Source: Catajapyx aquilonaris (lineage: Eukaryota). Taken from it: DNA of 64,000 nucleotides. Location of the stretch: contig JYFJ02001466.1 of the NCBI GenBank assembly GCA_000934665.2, positions 1 to 64,000 on the forward strand, given 5' to 3'. A model generated the notes under the pieces. That model did not search any database. It was not told the origin of the DNA and worked only from the letters and a program-made list of their open reading frames with translations. Every line of letters begins with the position of its first letter. Positions within the stretch are counted from its first letter, which is position 1. A program made the position numbers and the translations under genes. Below, in pieces: positions 36,701 to 48,907 of the stretch.

Positions 36701-39700
36701 CAATAAATCACAATATCAGTAAATTATACTCATTTATGCCATGCCTTCTGCCTGTATGTAATCTGCTACCGGCTGCCTTCTATGCAAAAGCATATAAGGC
36801 AAATTCCAATATTATTAAAGCACACCCACGAGCCACGACAGACGTCTTGGGAGAAATTTGCCAATGCTGAGAGTCAATAACTTACGTAACATCATGTACG
36901 CATGCCAGTCATTTGTTACGGCGCAATGTTTCAGCATGCGAAAAATACTTTATTTAATATCCGTAATTATTATTATTTAAATCCCACACGAATTCCACAT
37001 ACTTAGTGTGCTAAAAATAAAGCATATTATTCGAGCTAAACACTTCTCACATTCTCAACAAAAGGAGAAGCCACAAATTATGGGGGAAAAATTGCAGATT
37101 TAAAAAAAATTGAATGTGCAAATCCTCCAGGAGAGGTCATCCTCCCTGGTTGGTGTCAGTGGCTTCGGGAAGGTGTTCGAGATCTTCAAGGGCGAAACAA
37201 GCAATGCCAAGTAACCTTGACCCGCAATCAACCTTGATGTAGTCAAGTCACCTTTGCCACCATCAACGGAAACGCTATTGACCGGTTTCACGTGTCCTTT
37301 GTATAGGTTATGCCGTCCATTCCCTTACAAGTTTTTTCATGGTCTCTTATATGCCAAGAAGCTATAAGCCAAGCTGGTTTAAGGTCACGTGAACATATTA
37401 GATAGGATAGTAGTTATCCAGTCTGTGCTTCACATTTGAAAGGTTAACTGGCGACATGTATACCACCCATTGACGTACAGTACATTACACCGGAAAAAAC
37501 GTATGAAGCAATAGGGTAATGCAATCTATGAACTATTCTGAGAAAGGGGGTGTGAAGTGGAGTAATAATCCATTGGTTGTAATCCTGTGACCCATGCAGA
37601 GCTGTTCTTAAAGAGCAAACAGCAGCTGACCAATTTTAAGTTGTGCAACTATTAGGTGAAAGTGGTGGACCAGAATTGATCGAGACTTTTCAGGCGTAGA
37701 ACAAAAGCAACGGATGAGTGATTGGGGAGAATAGTTTCCTCGTATGGGGTGGGTGCTAAAATAACAAAGTGTCATGTAATAATGTAATCTTCAAGGGGCT
37801 ATAGTAAATTCGTGTTTTGCATGCGATATTAACGTCACTGAGGTATCTGCTGCGATTTTGTATGTGTGAAATTGAAAGAAAAAAAAACAATTTCGCTTAT
37901 CAGTTTTATATCTTGGATTACACCTTACATAGGGTGACCTTCATCTAAATGGCCATGATACAAGTTACAGAGGGATAATCCAAAAACTTGGATAAAAACA
38001 AGACGTACAGGTTCAAGGGTAAAGTTGCACAATCAAATGATGCTTAGCTGAAATCGGTCTGAATCAACCAAGACTGAATGCAGTGAACTTGAATTCTAAT
38101 TGGCCGTCACTCCAAAATGAATTACACCATGTCGTTGCACCCTACTCGTGACTGTTCAAGCACTTGCACTGTACATATACGGCCGTGACATCTGCAACGT
38201 GCGCACGTGATGATACTTGATGTCTCATAATGAATATACCTGTATGTGAAGGCAATATAATTTTTTTAAAGGCATCCTGAAGCTGAAGGTCGATGTTTGC
38301 ATAAGAGGTGTGATATATAAACTTGAATATTGTTCTGGTTACTGATGTATTATTAATTTAATCATCACATTATTCATAAACTCGAATGATTTCTTGTTGA
38401 CAGTTGGGGTCTGGCAGTTGGAAGGAAGCCTTGGACAGTCATCATTAGCACGTTGGTCATATCAGCAGCTTGCTGCATAGGAATACTCGGATTTTACAGA
38501 GAGACACGTCTGGACCAGTTATGGCTGCCAAGCAATTCCAAATTTATGCGAAACACAGAGTGGTTAAGGGAGAATTTCCCAATTCCAGTTCGCATGCAAT
38601 TTGTAATGCTGGAGGCCGATGACGTGTTGCAACCGAAGGTCATGCAAGAGGTGTGAGCTTTAAAAAAAAATACTCTTCTTCCTCTTAATATTCAACAAAA
38701 AATGAGAAAATAACATGAGAAATATCTTCCAGCTCTTAAGGCTTCACCAAGTGGCAGAAAATGCTTCTGTAGATGGCAAGACTTGGCAAGATGTTTGCTT
38801 CAAGTAAGTAAAACCACGAGGAAGTGCAAGTCCTGCAAGCTGTCCATCATCAGTAAGTGAATGTGCAATTTTAGGATACCAAGAATGCCAACAGCCAAAA
38901 CGCGTCGAAAGCGCTACGTTGAAAACACAACTGATGACTTCTTCGACGGAGCGTTCGACGACTTCGACACCGAAATACGTACCCTTGAGATCAGCAAAAC
39001 CACAACCACCACTACCTCCAAACCAGCTGTCACAGTCTTCTCCAAGGACGACTTTAAAGATTTCGGCGAAGCCTTCGTGGATGACGGCAAGTCGGAGTTT
39101 GACCCGAGCATTGACGTCCCTCAGACTTTGTACTGTTCATTTTTTAACTCGCTTGACAAGATGTGTTTCGAGATGAACGTACTCGAGTTGTGGAACTACG
39201 ATCCGGATGTGGTGGCCCGTCTAACCAAAGAAGACATCGTTGAGGCTGTTAATACCGTCAAGGAAAGGTGGGTTTGAACTCTGGCCAAATCAACTCGGTC
39301 AGGTTTGTTTACAAGAGCGATGCACTGTGCCTTTGGAGTGTGTCGTAACTTCTTTTTTCTTCCTCATCGTCTAGTCCTGTGAGTGGTATGCCTTCGGATT
39401 ATCCGGCGTTGCTTGGGGGCGTGTCACGTAACAGTACTGGTCATATTGTGAAGGCAACGGCTGTGATGACCAGATATTTCAACCAAATCAACTTCACAGC
39501 TATTGACACTAGTGGTGATGCAATGGATTTAGGATTGGCCGAAGAGGTAAGATTATTCCCACGATGTCCAGAGTTCGTGTGGGTTTTCACACTTTTCCTC
39601 CTACGATATTTCAGTCACTCTCACTTAGAACCTTTATGAATATCTCTGAAGGCCGAGAGAGGAAGGTGAACTGTGGTTTAAGTAGTTCCACATTTTTTTC

Positions 39701-40856
39701 TCATTAGAACAGCACTGTCAGGACATGTCAGGAGATGGCCACATGGCAGTAAAAATTGTTGTACACTAAACATTAGAGGTTAGAATGATCGTATAATATT
39801 TGAATCCATTGATTCATTTGAAAATACCCAGTAAAAGCCACGGAACGTGCCATTATTAGCCTATATAGAATAAATTAGCCTACTGAGCTGGTTTACTACC
39901 ATATTTTGAGAGCTTCCTTATTCACGTCATTGTAGGCGTTGACACCGCATGATTTTCGTGCTTTGCAAGTAGAAGGATTGGAGTGCAGTTCCTGGTTAAT
40001 ATTTCACTTACTATACTAATTTGAAGTAAATGAGTAAGATAATTCATTTGAGCTTTGAAGGATGGATGAGGTTTTACTGCCAATATTTACCACAATTTAT
40101 GTCCTGGCAGCTTGCGCACTGATGTCAGTTTCCCTCTAAAAATATATAAATGACGTGCCATATTTCCTAGTTCCGGGTAATTGCATATTTAAGTTATAGA
40201 CCTAATTCTGTTTGCTTTCTAGATTCAAGGTCTCCTAAAAGGTAAAATATGAGCTTTCAGTTCAGACATATATCCACGTGACTTGTATTGATGCATGCGA
40301 AGGTTTCAGTGCAATAAATAATACTGCAATACCACGTAATATTAGCATCATTCGTGTTATGTGTATAGAGATTGAAAATAAGTTTCTCTTATACGGAAAA
40401 CATTGTCAAATTATGTTAAGCTACTAAGAAATGTATACATAAATAATAATTAAAGCAGTGACATGTCATTTCATAAGCAACTCGTGAACTCAAACGGGAG
40501 CTGAAGTAATGTGATGTGTCCATGACCATTAGTCTACTAGCAAAATAAAATGAAAATAATTGCCAAAATATGACAGTTGACGCCCCCCCCCCTTCTCTAT
40601 ATTGAAACGACGCAATGTGCAGTATGGCTGTAAGTTGAGGGACTTTTTAAAATATGAGTGATGAATAATTTATTCAAGTGTGCCATTTCATGACCTTTTT
40701 AAGTTCGGTGATCTACCGGTGCTATTTGTTACGTAAGCATAGTCAACCTAGCCAGTTAATACAACTTAATTCTCATTATTAATGGCTTCAGTAATTTTAC
40801 GTAACAGTGAAATAAGCACAATTTATGCAACTAGGTACTAGGGGAAGGTAAGTTGC

Positions 40857-40908
<52 letters not shown>

Positions 40909-43900
40909 TGACTTTACGTGAGACCGGAACTGTGTAGAATCTGTAGATGAACGTAACATCGTTGTCAAGGCTAATACAGGCTGACATGATGATGTCGAGC
41001 TATTTTGCGTCGAGACCATGATGGGTGCGTGGGCGTAAGCTCCGGAAACAGGAGGAATGTCCATAATTATCAATTTCCCAAATGCGTCTTCCACATTAGG
41101 CTGTGTCCCGAAACTCATATACTCAGTTTCATTTTCAGGTTGACAAGTTGAATATGGATTGGGAAACGGCTTTTTATGAAAATCTCAGCAAAGACAAACT
41201 ACCTGAAGGCATGAACTTATTCATCCGAATATGGAGAGGGTAAGAATAAATTTGTATATTTACACATCTGCTGATTAGTGTTGCAGCAAGAGTTCATTAC
41301 AGTGTGCATTATTCTTTGTAATGTGCTATTCAAACCTTAAAAATAAACTCAACATTGCACATTCACTCACCAATAATGTCATAAAAACACACTACGCAGC
41401 ACAATAATGCATATAAAAATAATTACCTTCGACCTTGTAAGGATAACACCGTCGCCAATGTTCTAGGCAATACAAAACTGTATAAACTTGAAACTGAGAA
41501 ATGACCGCATATCTTGTTAGATCGAGTTTTTATAGACTTCTAGTAACTAAAGTACACAAATGCATTGTCATTATATGCATCAAGATATTGCGGCACTCGA
41601 ACACTGCAAAAAAAACTCCAGTACTCACATGAGATGTTTAATTCGCATATACTCTTAGAATAGAGATGGCATCACATCCTTGATTCATTAGTTTCATTGT
41701 TGGCGGTCATTGTTGCCCATTGCGCCATCAGGACAATCAGGACAATTCCAAGGCCGAATGAGCATTTAAAAATATCATATTATGCTGCGTTATATGCACT
41801 CGTTGGAAATTAATTTCGCATGCGAGAAATGTAATGGTTCGCTTATTTTCCATATTCTAATGTCGGTTTTAATCTCACCGAATAGCACGCACTCAGGTCG
41901 CATGCACTGAGAGAATCGCGTCAAGTACATGCGACCCAAGCCAGTTGTATTAATAGAACCAGTTTAGTAATTACTGGATGCGCTCCAAACTGTTAATTTC
42001 GTTTCGTCGTCCGTCTCCTCATATATCGCATTGTCTTCATTCATGTTTCAAGACAGACAGTACAACCTATAGGTCATAAAATGCCACGTGCTGTACAGTA
42101 TCAGCGTCACAATATGACTCAACATGTCACGATAGTATTTAATTTCCTTATTACCGTACGTTCCTGACCAGGTGCGTCGGACAATACTGGTGCACGACCT
42201 ATCAAAACAACATAAACATGTTTCCCCAGAAAGCAACATACGCATCACACGTACGTAAATGTAGGAGTGTAAGATGACCTCTGACTCGTGATGGCATGTT
42301 ATTTGACAACACCTATTATTTCAAAGATGAGGTGGCCGTTACAGGGTATATTTCACGTCATGGTCTATCCTTGAACCGATGGTTGTGCTATGATGTTTTG
42401 ACCGCCTTGTTACATAATGTTTCAGTGACCGTATAAATTGGCATTTCTAATAAATAAAAACAACAACATTGAAACTTTTCCCACCGGATTAATCGCTTAT
42501 GTAAAGGACAGCACGCCTATAGGCCCGTAATCGGTTTTTTTTAGGAAAGGCAGTTGCATAATGTGAATTGTAATTTTAATAGCAGCCTTTTTAATGTACC
42601 AAGGCCGTAGCTGTGTAATGCTGTTGTTGAGACTCTTTTCAGACCATTCATTGCAGTGTAATATGGCGTCTCTATAGCACTGCCACAAATCTCCTTACAA
42701 TAAAATATGTGGGACCGACCTCCTCTTAAAATCCCTTAAAATGATAAAATATAAATAAGTGGGGAAAATGTACTTCCAGAGGTAATTGCTGCAAATTGCA
42801 TGCTACTGCTATGTAATTATCATTGCATAAATATAATCTCTAGCTGGTGACGCGGTACTGCAGCATCGTTAGTGAAGAACCATTATTTGACGGTATACCA
42901 ACGTTTCCCAGCTCAATCTGTCCCATCATTAGCTGGTGGATGATGTGTTGACATCAGACACGCTTTGATTATATTCCACTCTTATATAGTGACGTAACGA
43001 ATCTTTGCTGACTGCCATAAAACGAATAAAAGTGCTCCGTCGCATACAGATGGTGATTGCAAAGTTTGTCAATAGCACAAATATTACGTAAGCAATCAGA
43101 GGTCATGAAAGTAGCCCCCTCCTTTTGTGATGCTGCTTGTATTCAGATTGCTCAGGTGTGCACAATACCGGTAATCGTCGTACGGAAAATCCCACAAGGA
43201 AAGAGAGGGCATGGAGTACCACGAAGCTTCCACACACACTACGCCAGTTCTTGAGAGGATATAGGCCGAAATTAGGACCATTTTGAATGTGGAAGAGTGC
43301 CAAAGGGAATGTCAAAGTTCGTGGGAGCTTAAATTAAAGTGTCTGTACTCTCTTTCCACAACGAAACTAGTCCGAGAAGGAGGTTAAAAGGTCCTTCACT
43401 CGATGTTGTAGTTTATTCATACAAATATTACATCAGCTAGAGATAGATTATTCACGTCATTTGTTTTGCCAAAGTGAGGTCAAAATGCCATCGTTCGGAA
43501 GTAGTGACAAATGATGGCGCTAGCCAAATTTTACTGTGGACTATATAGCATTGTACCCACTTCTCTATATGACTTTTTAACTGAATAATTAATACCCTGG
43601 CTTGTATACGTAAGTCCAAGCCTGTGCACCTCATGGTAACTATGAAAGTAAATGTTCTTTAGGTCCATAAAAAGTGCACATTCTTTCCATCTCAATTTTA
43701 TTTCAATTCTTATAATATACGATACCATTGCATTGGTCTGGTTGGAATTGGAAGTTTCAGCTTCTTTGTGGAGAGGTTAAAAGGATTCAATTTTTTCTAC
43801 ACATCTTTATAATAATAAATGGCCTGATTGTGGGACCACTCGAGCTACCAATGATGGTCTGATAAAAAAAAATGCTTTCAACTTTGCGTATTTCTACTCT

Positions 43901-46102
43901 CAGCAGAGTAGAGGCCGCATCAGTACTTTGTATTTCTTATGATAGCTCACGCAATAGTGTGGCATAACAGCAGCTGCGAAGGAAGGCTTCTTATCTCACA
44001 TTTACACAACTTTTAAGAAGCCAGAAAAAAACATGATAATAAACTGATGGTTTGTCGTATTTGATATACTTTTTATCGTGACGCATATGAATATTTGACC
44101 ATTCAAATTATCTAGTCACGCGGTTTTGTCACAGTGAAAACAAAAAAATACAATGCCTCACTATCAGTGTCGACAACTATAAGGCCCTACTCACTGCATC
44201 CTTCATTGCATGATGTAATAATCATAAAATGTAGTGTTAATTTTTCCGGCGCTATAAAAATATGTTCATGCCCTTCAGTGATGTGGACTTAAAGTAATCC
44301 ATCATGCATCTTCAATTTGCGCACGTGCTCACCCTCTGCTCCTTCCTGAACAGTCATGTCTTTGCGATGAATATAAATTCATGTTGTGACGCACATGAAT
44401 CTTGTAACTAAGATATTCATAACCCTGTCAATGGGGGATGTAGTGTACATGTTGTCCTGTCGTCAGGATAAACCAGAGAAACCTATGGAATAAGAGTGAG
44501 AAATGTGGATGATAAGAGAGAGAGGGTGACATCATTTTCATGTTTTAATTACTTGCAATTTTTCTTGTAAATAACACACACGTATTTGCGAGATTTGTGC
44601 TTTGCTTCTCATCCACGTACTTTAAAATATCTTAGATTAAGGTCTAGTTCAAATTCCTATACCCAAGAGTGTAATATGCTCATCTTTTGTGGGGAAAAAA
44701 CTCTTCAGCCTTTCAGCGTAACACTCGATTTGTATTTTAACTCTGCTTGTTGCTGGAAGAGCTGACGATATGCATTAATTATAATGAAAAAATATTCATC
44801 TTTCAGCTTTGCAGATGCAGCCAAATCTAGCGCCATAGACGACGTAGGCAACCTGGGAACCGGCTACTGTATGATGTTCATATTCGTGACCGTGATGCTG
44901 GGACGATGTAATTTGGTTGAACAGAGGGTAGGCTTTAAAAAACATATTAACAGACTTAAGACACGTTTTTACTTCCTGCAGGATTACATTTCCCTACTTT
45001 TCGCAGCAGTATAATATTACTAGAGTTATATTCTGATTTATCTGGGGGATAGTCGCACGAATTATAACATTACAACTGTGTTATACAATAATTTTATAAC
45101 TGCCAAGAAAAAAGTTATGTACTAAAAACCAACTCACTCTACTGATGGACATGAGGATATGATGTTTCCCCATCTTTCTTTCAGCCATTGAGCGCCTTTA
45201 TGGGACTGGTGGCCACCTTCATGGCTCTGGCAGTGGCTTATGGAGTATGCTCTGCATTCAGTCTTATTTATTCGCCGGTCCACAATTTGCTCCCATTTTT
45301 ACTGCTTGGACTTGGAGTAGATGACGCATTTGTGATAGTGCAGTGTTTTAGCAACCTGCCCTCATCGGCTAGGGAGAAGCCTCTGGAGGAGAGGATTGCC
45401 ATGACTCTGCGCCATGCTGGGGTGTCCATTACAGTCACTTCCTTGACTGACTTCACAGCATTTCTCATAGGCGCAACTACGGTAAATTTTATTCTTTTAC
45501 AACCCGATACTGTGTTGGGGATAATTAAATGTCGTTGACATCATTTCCAATTGAGATTATAAAATCATTTCGTTTCAAGTGAAGACGACTTTCTGCATTG
45601 TGTTAATCATTAGATCACAAAAAAACGTTATTGCACAAATAAATTACTGATGCCATCGCTAATGATCCTGTACAAGTGTACATTATGTAAGTGCAGGTAT
45701 TGCTTAATCAGGATTGGACTATTGGTAATCTGCAGAAGATCCCTTCCATGTGATAGTTGACGGCTCCGATCGTTAACATTTTAGTTATGGCATTCTTAAT
45801 AATGTTTGATTCAAAAGCGAGCTTTTTATTGGCTAATATAAGATTCTCAAGCCAATAAATCTGAATTTGAAAATCACAATCTTACAATAATTTTGTCCCA
45901 GCTTCACATGGGCAGAAAAGGCTAGGAGCATTGGAGATTTTTTTACAATTATTTGGCAATGTTATAAAACTCTCAATGTTGCTTGTGTCACGGAAAGTAA
46001 TACAGTATTATTTTCATAAATGAAATGATCGTGAAACTGCGCGATTTGGCAACTCTTAAAAGGGAGCAAAAGGGGAAACCAATCATTCACGCCACAGACT
46101 TC

Positions 46103-46146
<44 letters not shown>

Positions 46147-48840
46147 AAAGTTCTTATATCACCGTCTGTGGCCATTTGAAGTTAGGAAAAGTTGCTTTTC
46201 AAATGTAAATGTCTCATTTGAGGTTCTAAGTAGGCAAAAACTGAATTTCAGTTTTTCATATAATATTACTAAAAATTATGTAGTCGCAATTAGAGCCGAC
46301 AACTACCTTGGAAGGGATCGTTTGTAGGTCATTTTTTATGCTTGTAAACAGGCACAAGCTACAGGGTGACCGATTTGATGACAATGATGACAATGAGCAT
46401 TGTAGTTATGAACGTGCCTTCTTGCCAGAGTAATCAACATTTTGTATGCTTCATGCATTCGCATCAGATTTGAAATCACTGCACCTCTATTTGTCATAGC
46501 AAATTAAATGACACTTGGAAACTGTTCCAACACCTACCAAACATTTGAAAATGAATGATACTATTATTATGACATGGTGTGATCTAGCTTACAATATTTA
46601 CATTGACAACTCTTATTTCAGTCGCTGCCTGCTCTGCGATCCTTCTGCATTTATGCGGGACTGGGTATATTGTCAGTGTACATCTTGCAAGCCACCTTCT
46701 TCACTGCTTGGTTCGCCATCGAGCAGCACAGGATAGAGAACAACAAGAACGCTCTGCTTTGCTGCATTCAGTACCCGAACTACAAGCCGAAACCCTGCAG
46801 CCAGCGTAGTTTGATGCAAGAATTTTTCGGAGGCCCGTTTTACAACTTCATCATGTGCAAGCCGATTCAGGTAACATTCTGCAGCAAAGAATTCTTTGAA
46901 ATGTATTTGAATTTACTAATGAAATATTCCTGCACCCAGGTGTTACTGGTCACGATTTCTTTCGTGCTGGTTGGCATCGGCATGTGGGGGATATTCCTAT
47001 TGAGGAATGAAATCAACCCCATGTGGTTCATTCCTCAGCAATCTGCGACTTATAAGTTTGTTGACCACAAGCTGAGGAATTATCCGAATGACGGAGAGGA
47101 AGCTTTCCTGGTGTTTGGACGTGTCAACTACACCACGGACATGATGAGCATCCATAACATAATAACCAAGCTGCATGCAGAAGAGGACATATTGACCGAT
47201 ATTAACGAGTGGTACACCGGATTTCGAGAGTATTCCAACAAACACTTTAAAACAGGTACTTTATCCTCTGACTTTTGATTCTGACAGTGTAAATCAGGTG
47301 TAGTACTCCTGGATGTCTGAATGTAGCAATTGCTATTTAATTATTCCAGAAATGGTTGATGACATCCAATATTTGAAGTAACATATTAGGACAGGTTGTA
47401 TGAACAGGAGTTAATGTTAAACACTGAGTTAGTTTATATGTAAACAAGATCTTACTTCATAATATTAACCTTAACTCATGTTCATACAACCAACCTTTAC
47501 TTAAAGTGACAAGAAATTATGAATTTCATGTGTACGTCACATGGCTATGCATTGTAAGACAGCATTTGAAGGGCTGTCACATAGTTTGTACATGTCGGTG
47601 TCATTAAATGCCACCATTGGTGAACATTATGTGCGTTTAAAAAATTGGACTCTCTCCACCATGCCCAGGAAAATTAATATAACTCATTAAGGTTCCTAGC
47701 AAATTCTGTGAGTATTTTGAAGGTGGTGTGAGACCATTTCATCCTGGAATAATGCAACACACTTGGCTTACCGTAGCATTTCAATGAAGCCTGTGTGCAC
47801 ACAGGTTTCATTGAAATGCTGCTGTTCGATTGTTATGCACAGGTTAAAAGCTTCCTCTGAAAATGGGCAAATTCTCTATTTTTGAACTGGATTTACGCAA
47901 TTCCATATTGAAGCTAATTTGATTAAAACTTAAGAATAAGCTCCACTTAAATTATCGGAGCAAAGGTAAAACTAATCCTTTCAGTTTTCCCCCAAAAGAC
48001 TACACCTTTTCTTTGTGAACAGCACTTAAAATAATGTTTACCAAGGGTGTCATCAAATTCTTAAGAACCTTAATTCCAAAGCATCGTGCGAAAAGGTTAT
48101 GGCAAAGGTCCAGGCCTGGAATAGAATGACCGTCACATATTGCGCCATCTCCAGAATTCTTTGTTGGGTGAGAACTTAGGGAATGACCCAGCAATCAGAC
48201 ATATGCTTGGCGGTGAGAGGGTTCGATACAGGCTTGCAAAATATGGCATCACTGTTAGAAAAGTTAAAGATCTGTGGTGTCATACCGACATGTTGATATT
48301 TGGGATATTTCAAAAAAATAAATTATAGCCAAACGGTCCATTTTAGATGAGTAGTTATTATGGTGAATACAAATATATAATCCGAGATTTACCATAATTT
48401 GCTTTCATACAATAGGACCTGAATTTGTTAAAATTATTTTCATCTCTGTACCGAGCCCCAATTGATACAATGCATACCCTGCCATGAATTAAGCGGATTT
48501 TGAATATCACATATCGATACTCTGAATAGTTACTCATATTGCCAATGTTTTCTACAACTAAGGGTTCTCGATCTCTGAACTATAAACTTCTATACTTTTG
48601 AGTCATGTGGGGAGGTGTGGTGGCCGTGATGGTAACGTCACGGCTTGCTGAGTGAAAGGCCCCAGGTTCGATCCCCGCCTGGGGAACTTTCCTTTCACCT
48701 GCGTCGGGAGGGTCTCTGACCTGCACCAAGGAGGTGTCTGGCAACCTAACCTCCTGGGGGACTGCACATGGCCCAAAAGCCTAGACAATGCACCTGCACA
48801 AGTGTCCCCTCCCCAAAAATCCCTTTCCCTACCCTATATC

Positions 48841-48907
<67 letters not shown>

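Noticed and set aside
40835..40853. Perfect GAAG|gtaagt donor suggesting a 6-nt microexon in the patched-related gene
   Set aside because: No polypyrimidine tract upstream; the alternative 13-nt version breaks the frame.
48610..48690. tRNA gene call for the SINE heads (also 21500-21589)
   Set aside because: No complete cloverleaf or acceptor stem; each is embedded in an element with a tail and TSD, so both are SINEs.
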